Positions 12,509-24,820 of a stretch of 64,000 bases of DNA are shown here, piece by piece; position 1 is the first letter of the stretch, and each line of letters starts with the position of its first letter. This stretch comes from Mobula hypostoma (Eukaryota). Where the stretch lies: NCBI RefSeq assembly GCF_963921235.1, contig NC_086123.1, positions 4,588,001-4,652,000 on the forward strand, read 5' to 3'. The notes under the pieces are model-generated. The model saw only the letters and a list, made by a program, of their open reading frames with translations, was not told where the DNA came from and searched no databases. A program made the translations under genes and the position numbers.

Positions 12509-12599
12509 AGATACACTGAGCTCCTTGTGCCTCCACAAAAAAATTAACAATCATAAATGACCTTCCTTCAACAAATCCATGCCAACAATCCTTAATTTA

Positions 12600-13077
12600 C
12601 GAGGGGTGATTGATAAGTTCGTGGCCTAAGGTAGAAAGAGTCAATTTTAGAAAACCTAGCACATTTATTTTTCAACATTTCCCCCTCCTACATTTACACA
12701 CTTAGTCCAGTGGTCATGGAGCATACGGATCTCTTCTTTGTAGAAGTGGTCCACGGCAGGTGTGATTGATAAGTTTGTGGCCTAAGATAGAAGGAGATGA
12801 GTTATACAGCTCTCATTACACACACATGCAGTTCAACTCTTTGAGTGACTATGCAGAAAGTTTGAAGTTAATAACTCATTTCCTTCTACCTTAGGCCACA
12901 AACTTATCAATCACCCCTGCTGTGGACCACTTTCTGGAGGTCCAAGATCCTTATACTCCATGACTGCTGGACTAAGTGTGTAAATGTAGGAGGGGACTAT
13001 GTTGAAAAATAAATGTGCTAGGTTTTCTAAAATAGACTCCTACTACCTTAGGCCATGAACTTATCAATCACCCCTTG
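12600..13077. mobile_element. Mariner/Tc1-type MITE, 478 bp, almost entirely palindromic
   Basis: TA|cgaggggtgattgataagttcgtggcctaaggtag ... ctaccttaggccatgaacttatcaatcaccccttg|TA. TA TSDs, long inverted arms and an inner second TIR pair. Confidence 0.9.
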
Positions 13078-13229
13078 TATGTCTATTTAAATAATGATTT
13101 ATACTGCCCCTTACAATTTATTCTGATAATAAATTTGAATAACTGATGTTTGACTGACAGTGATAACTGATATTACCCTTTGTTGTTTTATAAACCGTGA
13201 TCCCACATTAATAGCTTAGTGATCCCACA

Positions 13230-13822
13230 TTAATGATTTGATGGAGATAGATGTGAGAGCACGGAGGAACATCTGGAAAATTTCTGAAATGCCCGCTTCG
13301 CTGCCGCTGCTACTGTGTGGTAACCGGAATCTTCGGAGCTGAAGGCCTCGAAATCCTCGGCTTTGCGTGTTTTGGCAGCCGGGGAGAGGCCGAAGGCGCT
13401 CGGCAGAGGATGGCGCTGGGGAGGCTGTATCGGAGAGGATGGTCGGAAGCTCAAAGTTTTCGGATGGATGGACTCAGTGTCGGCTGTGGTCGGGTGCTTC
13501 CAAGGTATCGGCAAGTTGATGGTGCTTGGAGGTTTATGGCAGGGAGTTTCTCCCTTTTGCTGCCTGCTATTGGGGACTCGGGAGTCAATCGACTCGGTAC
13601 TTTGAGACTTTTTTTTACTGTGGCTATGATCTGTTCTTCATCAAATTATGGTATTGTTTTGCACTGCTGTAACTATATGTTATAATTATGTGGTTCTGTC
13701 AGTGTTAGTCTTTGGTCTGTCCTGTTTTCTGTGATTTCCGGAGAAACATTGTATCATTTCTTAATGCATGTATGCATTTCTAAATGACAATAAAAGAGGA
13801 CTGAGTGTTCTCATAATCTAAT
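13230..13822 (+). mobile_element. Non-autonomous retroposon (SINE-like), 5'-truncated copy of the family also at 58201-58857
   Basis: Colinear high similarity to 58288-58857. Shared 3' end aataaaagaggactgagtgttctcataatcta. Confidence 0.85.
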
Positions 13823-15289
13823 AGCTGTTAGTTCTTTGGAATCACATCTGTAACCAAAGAAGTTTGGGAATCAGATCAGAATGTTTGTTTTTTCCAGTTT
13901 TGTTTTCCTTAACAGCCTTGGATATATCGTATCTTGGCCTGGCAAATTATCTACTTTTAAGGAAGCTAAATCTCACAATCTCTCTCTTTATGGCTACCAT
14001 AAACAATTTTCACACTTTATTCCTTAATTAGAATGCCTACATTATTCTTTTCTTTTGTGAAGGAAGACATGAAAGTTTCATTTACAAACTTATCCAAGTC
14101 TCTATCTATCCTCTCCGGTTACCTTTTTGTTTCTTAAGAGCCTTCCATTTCCTCTTGTCGACCTCTGATACTAAGCATTCATAAGATATATTAACACTAT
14201 CTGTGATTTCAGTTGCAAATCTGTGTTACATATTCTCTGACTTTCTCATTTCCTTTTCAATTTTACCTTACCACTGCTTGTCTTGTTCTTCTAGAATATT
14301 GAGCTCTTGGTATCTAACATAACTTTCCTTTTTTCTTTTTAGCCTTATCCCACCTTATTGGCTCTTTGACATGTTGGACTAGTGTTGGGGGGCAGATTTG
14401 GAGATGGGAGGTACTGATGTGATCTAGTTTTGAGAGGTCTTTTAGTGGGAATATTTTTGTCCTGAAACTTTATTGACTTCTTGATTCTTGGAAATATCAC
14501 ATTGCATATCTCTTTAGTCTGACATTGGTTTACCTTCAAGTAGCTTTTCTCACCACTCGGCCATTCTAAATCAATTTAGCCTTATCCCAAATGAGGAGAA
14601 GGACTCCTGATCCTTCTCTTTTCCTGAATTATGCTAAATTTAACCATTTATTAGAATCAGAATCAGAATCCTTTATGATAAAAAGATTCTTACATTGATC
14701 CATTTCATAAGTCCATTGTCAATTGCTAAAACTTAGTCAAAACTATCCCTCTCTTCTGTGAGATGATGTATATTGTTCCAGATTATCTTACTCAGCGTCA
14801 TCACTTCTCTGCAGTGTTTACAGGAGAAGCTCACCAGTAAAGTGCCACTTGTTCCTTATGCCAGAATCTTGATAGAAGCCAGCAGTCCTGCATTGCAGAA
14901 ACCTTAGTGGCACATAAATGCTTATTAAACATTGGTTTTGATATTATTAGTCATTTTCTACAAACAGTAGTTTACTTCTAAGCAGTTTCAAGCAATTCCA
15001 ATTTATAAATGAAATGAATAAATTCCATTAATTTTAAGCTATTAGAATTCCATTAATACTACTCTACCATACCATACAGTTACACTTAACTGTAAGAACT
15101 ACAGTTCTGTACTAAATTAAATGAAAATGAGTACCCTATTTTCCCATTAACTCCTCTTCACAGCAAAAGTACAGGAGTTAATTTATTTTTTCATTTGTCT
15201 CTTGATCATGATCACTTTAAAATGATTTTCATCTGTAGATCTTGATTTATATAGTATACACTTGCCGGTCAAATGGGAAACAGTTGCTT

Positions 15290-15650
15290 GAGCAACACAC
15301 ATCAAAGTTGCTGATGAACGCAGCAGGCCAGGCAGCATCTGTAGGAAGAGGTACAGTCGACGTTTCAGGCCGAGACCCTTGGTCAGGACTAACTGAAGGA
15401 AGAGTGAGTAAGGGATTTGAAAGTTGGAGGGGGAGGGGGAGAACCACAATGATAGGAGAAGACAGGAGGGGGAGGGATAGAGCCGGTGCTCCCCATGTGG
15501 CCTTTTATATATTGGCGAGACCCAACGCAGACTGGGAGACCACTTTGCTGAACACCTACGCTCTGTCTGCCAGAGAAAGCAGGATCTCCCAATGCCCACA
15601 CATTTTAATTCCACATCCCATTCCCATTCTGACATGTCTATCCACGGCCT
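15290..15650 (+). mobile_element. Penelope-like element fragment: terminal repeat with hammerhead motif plus GIY-YIG endonuclease piece
   Basis: Around 15500-15650 translates LLYIGETQRRLGDHFAEHLRSVCQRKQDLP..THFNSTSHSHSDMSIHGL, the YIG/R/EH core of PLE GIY-YIG. Hammerhead-like motif on the minus strand at 15354-15391. Confidence 0.85.
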
Positions 15651-15659
15651 TGATATAGA

Positions 15660-16150
15660 TGGCAAATCACAATGGACCCAGCACAGATCCCTGCCACACT
15701 CCGCTAGTCACAGGCCTCCTGTCAGAGAGACAACCATCTACTACCACTCTCTGGCTTCTCCCACAAAACCAATGTCTAATCCAATTTACTTCCTCACCTT
15801 GAATGCCGAGCGACTGAACCTTCTTGACCAACCTCCCATACAGGAACCTAGTCAAATGCCTTGCTGAACTCCATGCACACAATATCCACTGCCTTGCCTT
15901 CATCAACTTTTCTGGTAACTTTCTCAAAAAACTCTATAAAATGAGTTAGACATGACCTACCACACCTGAAACCATGCTGACTATCCCTAATCAGTCTCTG
16001 TCTATCCAAATACTCCTATATCCAGTCCCTTCGAATACCTTCCAATAACTTTCCCACTATTGACATCAGGCTTAGTGGCCTATTATTTTCTGGTTTATTC
16101 TTAGAGCCTTTCTCAATTAGCGGAACAACATTAGCTATCCTCCAATATGG
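15660..16150 (-). mobile_element. CR1 LINE RT fragment
   Basis: WRIANVVPLIEKGSKNKPENNRPLSLMSIVGKLLE and NWIRHWFCGRSQRVVVDG...VTSGVWQGSVLGPL. Confidence 0.9.
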
Positions 16151-16199
16151 ACCAGGAGAACTCATCCCCTCCTTACATTGGCAGAATAGCAATGAAAAC

Positions 16200-16876
16200 T
16201 GCAAGTAATTTCAAACTCCAGGAAGTGCACATCACGCACAACTTGTCATGGTCCCAGAACTGATCCTACACAGTAAGAAAGCTCACCAATGCCTCTACTT
16301 TTTGAGGAGACTGAAGAGAGATGGACTTTGCCCATCCATGTCATTTTATGGATGTGCAGTCGAGAGTATCCTAACAAGCTGCATCACATTGGTACAGCGG
16401 ACAGGAAGGATCTACAATGGGTAGTCAAAACCGCCCAGTGCATCACTGGCTCCACCCTTTCCACCATCTGGGACATATATACAGAAAGGTGCTGGAAAAG
16501 GGCTAGTAACTTCACAAAGGATCCCATACACCCTCCTTATGGAACATTTGTCCCAGTTCCATCAGGGAGTAGGCTATGTGAAACCACCAGACTCAAAAAC
16601 AGTTACTTTTCTGAAGATGTAAGACTGATCAACACCTCCATCACTACTTTATTATTTCCCATGAGTCACTTTATGTATAGCTTAGCATCAGTTTAAGGAC
16701 ATGCAATCTGTGTATATAAGCTATCTTATGCATTTATATTTATTGTGTTTTTATTATTATTATTATGTTACTCATCTTTTACATTTTTTTGTGCTGCATC
16801 AGATTGGAAGTAACAATTATGTTCTCCTTACATTTGTGGTGCAGGAAATGATGCTAAACAATCTTGAATCTTGAAT
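16200..16876 (+). mobile_element. Rex1/Babar LINE 3' fragment
   Basis: DRKDLQWVVKTAQCITG...KDPIHP...VPSG..TTRLKNSYF, with an (aatcttg)n tail. Confidence 0.8.
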
Positions 16877-19800
16877 CCCCAGCAATGCTTGCTGCAACAA
16901 ATGCTGACTGATGTAGGAAAATTATTAACTTAACAAATAATATAGTTTTATCTGCCAGAAGCTTCATGGTCTTCCAGAGCAAGCTGCAAGACTGCTGAGG
17001 GATACACTGAGGTTTGGTTCAGGTGCTGCGAGGCTCCAGGGAGAAAGCCACTACTTGACACTGATCTTCCTAAACCTATCTCCAATGGAATATTTGTCAA
17101 TGAAAAATGACAATTTAAATATTCTAAGTGAATGTAATGATGTGTTTAAGCACAATGCAGCAGAATGTCTTGCTTTGTTGAATTGTAAATTTCATGAATA
17201 AAATTTACCTTTTGGTATTTGAGTGTGAAAGAGAGAGAGCTTGAGTGAAAGTGTGAACTACCGAGTGGGTGACCTCCTGTAAGAATGTTATGACAATGAT
17301 GGTGACAGCCTCTAAGGAACTTACCTGAGTCTCTATATCCCCTGATGTCTTTAAACTTGCGAGGGCCTCTGTCTCCTATCTTGCCTTTCTTTTAAAACGG
17401 GACGAGAGTGAAAATTGTTGGTGTAGGTGCTCGGAAGGATCGGAATGTACTTATAGATGAATCACTGATGTTTAATGACTGGGTAGAGCAAGCAATTAGG
17501 ACAACGCTAGGTTAATTGTTATTGTACAAACTTCTATTCCTAATGGGGTCTGTGAAGGATCAGTTACATGTAATAATCAGAAATGCAATATACTAATATA
17601 TTTTTGGATATTAAGAGAATCGATGGATAGGACACATTAGAAGCTTCATGGAAATCAAAGGCCCTGCTGGTTTAAAGGTAGTATGGGAGTCAGAGGGCTA
17701 GAGAGATTCAGGGGATAAGAGTTTTAGCAGTGGACTTCGAGTAAGACTTGGTGGAAGGGGCTGGGCCAATGGGCAATCACAGGGCAGTTCCGAAGAGGTA
17801 ATTAATAATTCATAACTGGTTTATTATTGTCACGTACCGAGATACAGTGAAAAGCTTATGTTTGCATCCCATCCAGATAGATCATTCCAAACATAAGTAC
17901 AATGAGGTAGTACAAAAGGAAGATAAATAACAGAATGCAGAATATAGTTACTGGTTACAGAGGAAATGCAATGCAGGTGGACAAAGTGCATGGGCATGAC
18001 TAGGTAGATCAAGTTAATCTCTTAGCGTACTAGAGATTCATTCCTACTGTTAATAGCATTCATATCTTCTGCCCAAAGGAAGGAGGAAGAACAGTGAATA
18101 CTGGGGTGAGAGAGGTTCTTGATTATGTTGGCTGGTTTCCCAAGGCAGTGGGAAGTATGGGCAGAGTCAGTGGAAGAGAGGTGGCCCTTTATAGTGATGT
18201 CATCTGCAAACTTGTAGGTGGAGTTAGCAGGATCTGGCCACAGAGTTGTGAGTGTAGGAGGAAAAATAGGAGCTGAGGATGCAGTCTTGAGTGCAAGTTG
18301 AAGTGATTAGTGACAGCTTTCCTCTAGGAAAGAGCAAACAGCCTGCAATTGCAGAGTTTGGGACAGTAGGATAGGAAGTGTGAGAGGAAGAGTAGGAGAA
18401 TCTAGATGGAAAGGAGCAAGAAGGAAAGGAGTTGAGGCTAGTTGGGGAGGAAGAAGCCTTAGGGAGTCAATTAGGCAAGGAGATTAAAATAGGCCTCTGT
18501 CTCCTATGTTGCCTTTCTTTTAAAATGGGATGAGAGCGGAAGTTGTTGGAGTAGGTGTTTGGAAGGACCTGGGTATCCTCATACATGAACCCTGTATGTG
18601 CTAAGTGTGCCACAGACCTTAGACTTCAATTGTCATAGACCCTCTAACTATTAGACCTGGATGATTCAAGACTTTTTCAAGTCTGTGTAGTGGCTTGTGT
18701 CCAATGCTATCCTATGGGGAAGCAATACATGCAGTAGCATCTTCCACTCCTCAGAACTCGAGTGGAAGCAAATTATCCTCAGTCCTGTGGAAATTCAAGG
18801 AGGGAGTTAGGTGGGTGAATGACAGTGATTACCACACATACTGTATGTCATGAATAACCACCTCATCATGTTTACTAAACAGTCATCCCTGCAAATAGGG
18901 CTGGGTAACACAGGATATTGAATTTGGGTCCTTATTTACGTGAGGTAGGTGATCTTCAAATAACTGATATTTGCAGCCAGCTTCTGAAAAGCATCTCATT
19001 TTGGGCTATGTCATCAATGGCAGAAGCTCTTGGAAAATGGGGTAAAGAGGCAGGGACCAGCAATTGGGAGAGAGTTGCCAAAGCTTTTAGTGTTAGGTAT
19101 GAGACGAGCATTCCTACTTCTCCTAGCTCTAAAGAAACAATTGCGTGAAGGACCTACCTTTCTCATGGCAGCCTCTAACAGTTCTCTCACTGACCACCAG
19201 GATGACCTGAAATAAAACAGAAAAAAATTGTAGTTGTTCCAACAGGTCATTTAGTACGAGTGGAGAGAGAAAAGGAGTTTCAAGTTCATGTTTCATTTCA
19301 GGTTGATGGCCTTCAATCAGAATCAACTGAAACCAAATCAAGTTGCTATAAAATTAGACATTGTGATCTGACACATCTATTGAAAGCTCATTGACTTGAC
19401 CTGCAGAATACTTACTGGATGCTCTGTTTCAGATTTCCAGTATCTGCAGTTATTTTGCTTTTCCATCATATACATGTTTCCAAAATTCAGATGGTAAAGC
19501 CCTTGTTAACGGACATAGAAGGTCATATTCAGGTTTGGCTGTGGTGCAATCTGAAGCTGAACAAACTGCTGACCTTCACACAGCTTGAGTTTGTGGAATC
19601 GTATCTAGTATGAGTTAGCACTTTCAAGTGACGAAGGGTAACTAAAAGAAAGATTGTCTATCAAACAGGATTGGAGTACAAATCCCCCTGCTAACAGCAT
19701 CTAAGTAGCATGGTATTAATGTGATAATGGTAGTACATTGCTAGAAATTATTATAATATTCTCATGATAGATATTTGATTGTTTTCTTTCTACACATAAT

Positions 19801-22200
19801 TCCACATACATCAAATGTTCTTCCAAATTTCCTTTTGTTTTTGAGTCAAGGCCTATCATAAATGCCCCTCTCCAAAAATGTACTTTTCTTGGAAAAGGAA
19901 GAACACTTTGGCCTTGAAAGATAACAAAATGCATACTCCATTGATAAACGGAATTGGGCATATACCCAAGGGAACACCACGTACAAAGGATTTTTTTACT
20001 GCACTAATAAGATGGCTTAGAACTAATCAAACTGAGATACAGTATGCAATGCCTTTAAGGGAATTAAAGAAAATAAATCTCCTGGTCACATTTAATAGGT
20101 CATGGAAGTTTTATATTTTTGTTTAGTTTATCAGATTTTTTGGTGAATATTTGTATGTGCTATTTTGGATGTATGAACAAGTGAAGTAAATTATTTTGCA
20201 AGGATGACACTTATGGGAGTCTTTGAAGGCTTTAATATCTTAATCTTTGAGTTTACCCAGTGAATAAAGTTCCCTCGCCTATAAGGCTCTAGCACAAGAC
20301 AGATTGGAGAGGGGTGGGAAAGGGGAAGTGGGGGATATGTTGTTTAGGAATGAGAAGTTTTATAATGTGCATGTAGTTGATAGTTTCTTATCTTATTATT
20401 GAGATTTTTGTCCTAAGCTGTTCGTTCGCCTTTCCAGTTTTATGAGACTGAAACCTTGACCTATCTTCTTATCTCTGGTTTGTAATGCCTCAATAACTGA
20501 GCCTTGTGATGGTGCCAAAGTTATTACTAGCAAGACTTCAGTTCACTACCTCTCTAACCTTCTCCAGCCCAATAACTCTCCAAAACCTTAGACCTATCTT
20601 AATTCAAATCTGTACTGCATCTACAATTTTCTCTCCTCCACCAATGAAGATATATTAAGAAATGCCTTAATTCTCTCTAGCTCTAACTTCTATTTAAATA
20701 TATCTATCTCTTCAAATTGTCCTATTTGATAAAGTGAAGCCTATTGGGATGTTTCACTCCATAGAAGATTCTATATAAATGCAAGTTGTTGCCATTGATC
20801 TGTCCTGTTAGCATCTGAAAATGTTTTGAGATTTATATCTCAAATTTTGTTTCATATAGCCAACCCAGCACCACATATGCTACAATTATTCTTCAGGTGT
20901 AATTATTTGACATATTAGGTACAAGTATGTTGCCAGTGATGGAACAGCCAAAAAAGTATGCTTTAAATGTAGCCACTTTCAAATTGTGTGAAAACCGACA
21001 GCCAATTTGTGCATGGCAAAGCCACACAACCAGCTAATGACCAAGACCAAATGACCTTACATTTCAATTTTGGGCAGGAAAAGATATCAAGCATTTCTGG
21101 TTGAATGCTGGAGTGATTCTGATGTTAACAACTCTGTAAAATCTGTTACTGTTAATAACTTTACTGGGTATGTATTCTTTAAAGTAGTAGAAATCCTCTA
21201 CAGTCTCTGTGAAATTGGTAATCTTAATACTACAGGGGCTGGAAACATGAAACAAAAAAAGAAACTAACTGCTCACTGGGTCAGGCAGCATCTGTGAGAA
21301 AAAACAGAGAACATTTCACTTGGAGATGAAACAAGTATTAAAATGAAGAAAAGTGGGGAAAAGGAAGAAGAAAACATGGGAAAGTCTGGTGATAGATTGG
21401 TAATGGTTTGGAAGGCCGAAGTGATAATAAGGTGAAATAAAGAGAGAGAGAGGGATTAATGAACAAAAAAAGGTCAATCAGAAGGAATTGTAAATTCTCT
21501 TAAATTATCTGGAAAAATTAATGCCAAAATCAGAAATTCTAGAGAAAATAGAATTACTTACATTATTTAACAGGCTATAATGTCAGAGTTGTATTGTACA
21601 TGCATACTTTGACAATAAAATGAATCTAAAAAAAAAAGAAGTGTTGTTCCTGAAAGTTATGTTAAGCTTCACTGGAACAATAAATGAGACCAGACACAGT
21701 CAGTGTCAGATGGAGGAATTGCCCAATCTGTGTGGTTTTCCAGTGTTGAGGAGCAAATACCCTGGCCGTTAAGCATTGTTTCAGACAGAAAGATTCTGAA
21801 TACCTACACAAGGAGAAAGGAGGCGATAAAAGGGTAGGCCTGGCATCGAAGGTACTGTGGGAGGGAAAGTGGATAATGATGAAAAAGGATAAATGAACAA
21901 GACCATCCTATGGAAAACAGCCCCTTTAGAATAGTGGAAGGAGAAAGGAGGAAAAGACATGTGTAATGGAAACATCATGTGGAAAGTATTTGAAATTTTG
22001 CTGAGATGGAAGCTGAAGGCAAGAAGATCTCTAATTTGTTTCAGGGCTAGAGGACAAGGGATGGGAACAAAAGTGTGAGAAACCCATTGAACATAGTGGA
22101 GGTTCTATCAGTTATGGTGGATGGGAACAAGCTATTTTAGATTGTCATGTGTAATGAAGTTGGATAAATAAAAGATCTTTTCATTAAGGTATCTCTAAGG

Positions 22201-22278
22201 CAGGGGTTCTCAACCTTTTTATGCCATGGACCCCTACCATTAACCGAGGGGTCCATGGACCCCAGGTTGGGAACTCCT
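22201..22278. mobile_element. ~80-bp hAT/Charlie-type MITE
   Basis: caggggttctcaacct...aggttgggaactcct termini, internal hairpin ccatggacccct/aggggtccatgg, TSD-like ctctaagg / ctctaggg. Confidence 0.75.
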
Positions 22279-22679
22279 CTAGGGAATAGAAATCACAATA
22301 AGGTAGAATTTCAAAGACAATTTGAGAGAGAATACCTCAGCTACAAAACCAGTTTCCTTAACTTATATAAGCTCAATTCCAAATAGATATGAAGAACAAG
22401 GTGTTTAGAGTGGTCTGGGAAAATAGGAAAAGGAGAGTTCAGAAGATGAACAGTGGCAGATATTTCAGCATCTGTTGCATGATATTCAGCAGAAGGTAAT
22501 TCCAATCAAAAAGAGGGACTCAATATGAAGAATTAATCTTGCATGGTTAATGAGAGAAGTCAGAGGAGAATATTAAATCATAAACCAGAGCATACAATGA
22601 TAAAAGCCAGAAGAAAGTGGGAGGACTGAGAATTTTACAGAAACTAGCCATAAGAGACTATGGTCACTTGCCTAGTATA

Positions 22680-24030
22680 GAGGCCCCCATGCACACATCA
22701 AAAGAGGTTTCAGAGGTTTGTTGACTCATCCAGCCCCATCATGGGCACAACCTTCCCCACCATGAAGGACATCTTCAAAAGGTGGTGTCTCAAGAAAGCA
22801 GCAACCATCATTAAGGGCCCTCACCATTCTGACCCTCAGAAAGGAGCATGAGGACCCACACTCAGCATTTTAGGAAATTTCTTGGTGTTATCATATCAAA
22901 AATTCTCTCCTGGGACCACCATGTGAGTACCATCACAAAGCATGCATGACAGCGCCTCTACTTAGAAGTTTGCATAAATTCAGCATGTCATCTAAAACTT
23001 CGACAAATTTTTATAGATGCACAGTGGGGAGTATCCTGACTGATTGCATCATGGCCTGAAATGGATGCACAAAAGTCCAGAAGCAAAAAAGGCATCCTGG
23101 TGGTGGATACAGCCCAGTCCATCTCAGGCAAACCCCCCTCTACCCTTGAGCACATTTAAAGGAACACTGCCACAAGAAAGCAGTATCCATTGTAAAGGAC
23201 ACCCACCATCTAGGCGATACACTCTTCTTGTTACTACCATCAGATAGGATATACAGGAGCCTTATGTCCCACACCAGCAGGTTCAGAAACAGCTATTACC
23301 TTACAACAATCAGACTCATGAATCTTCATGTATACCTTCACACCTCAAATCTGAACCAATTCCACAACCTACAGACTCACTTGCAAGGACTCTACATTTC
23401 ACGTTCTTAGTTGTCACAACCACGGATTTGGCAGTGCAGCAGATACGGCAAATGTGCTCATGAAGATACATGTGACAGCTAATCATTATTTCATGGTGAT
23501 GGTATTTAACTCCATTCTTTTCGTCATAGTGCTTGTTGGGACTTGAGCAAAGCACAGCAGCCCTTCGCTGCCTGCTTGCATTCAGCCTTGCCTGAGAAAT
23601 TGGACTGTCAAGCAACTGACCATGAAGACTAGAGATATTTGCTTTATATTTAGTTACTCCTTTCAGCCACAGTGTTGGTTTCTTTTTCCATTTGAGAATT
23701 TTAGTTAATGGCCCTGTTTGGTCTAGCGTTCATCGTTTTCTTTTTTTCTCTAACTCTGTTCACATTAAAGTCTGTGAACTATCAACCCACTTCAGTGTCT
23801 CTCGCTCTGCACTTGGGCCATATCCAAATGTAGTGGTATTAGTATTATCTATCTATCTATTTATTTGCATAATTTGTCTTCTTTTGCACATTGATTGCTT
23901 GTCAGGCTTTGCGTCTAATTTTTCATAAATTCTATTATACTTCGTTATTTCCCTGTAAATGCCTGCAAGAAAGTGAATCTTAAGGTGACGTTTATGTACT
24001 TTGATAATAAATTTACTTTGACTATTTGAT
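22680..24030 (+). mobile_element. Decayed Rex1/Babar LINE fragments (host of the 23412 solo LTR)
   Basis: aaattttatagatgcacagtggggagtatcctgact (NFYRCTVxSILT) and LLPSDRIYRSLMSHTSRFRNSYY. Tail ttgataataaatttactttga. Confidence 0.7.
23412..23838 (+). mobile_element. Solo LTR (Gypsy-like), 427 bp
   Basis: Begins TGTCAC, ends tggta (decayed TGACA), flanked by TTAGT at 23407-23411 and 23839-23843. Contains attaaa at ~23764 and U5-like tgcacttgggcc. Confidence 0.65.
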
Positions 24031-24129
24031 TTTGTAACTTATAGTATTTTTTACATCTTGCAATGCATTGCTGTCACAAAACAACAGATTTCCTGTCATA
24101 ACCAGTCAACGATAATACACCTGATTCTG

Positions 24130-24820
24130 ATTGACTAAAAAACTACTAAGAAGAGAGGAAAGCAATGAGAGTAAACAGCAAGTAATATCAAAACAAAAAG
24201 CAGGAATTTCTATGGATTATAAAAAGTAGTAGCTATAGTATGTAGAGGACACTTGGAGAGTGAGACTGGGGAAATAATAAGAGGAAACAAGGAAATGACA
24301 GTTAATTTCAATCAATACCTTGCATTGGTTTACTTGGTGAAGGATGTGGCAAATATCCCAAGAATAACAAATGGCAACGTTTCAAATAAGAAGGGAAGAA
24401 CTTGTAACAATCTCTATCACAAATGGCAAAGTACTGGAAAAAAAAACTTATGGGACCGAAGATGGACGGTCTTCACTTGAGGATAGTTGCAGATACAGCA
24501 GAAACATTGATTGACTGAAGTTTTCCAAAACTACTGGGCCCCAGCAGATAGGAAAACTGCAAACGTTCAGGAGAGAGACCGAGATAAAAAGGGGGAAAAA
24601 AACTACAGGTATAGGCAAGTTTACGCTTGTTGGGAAGATACTGGAGACCAGAATCAAAGAAGAAATAACTTGCCATTTAGAGAAACTTAATGAAATCAAA
24701 TCAAGTAAATGTTGTTTTATGGAAGAAAACTCATATTTGACAGTTTTCCTAGAGTGCTTTGGGCTATAACAAGGAGAGGTAATGAAGAGTAACCTGTAGT
24801 GCATTTGAATTTCCAGACAG
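24130..24820 (+). mobile_element. Decayed CR1 LINE fragment
   Basis: LESETGEIIRGNKEMTVNFNQYLALV and downstream RT-proximal remnants. Confidence 0.65.

Noticed and set aside
18918-19341. Overlapping ORFs and splice-like sites suggesting an extra gene
   Set aside because: No recognisable protein. The apparent minus-strand acceptor derives from a decayed Penelope terminal remnant.
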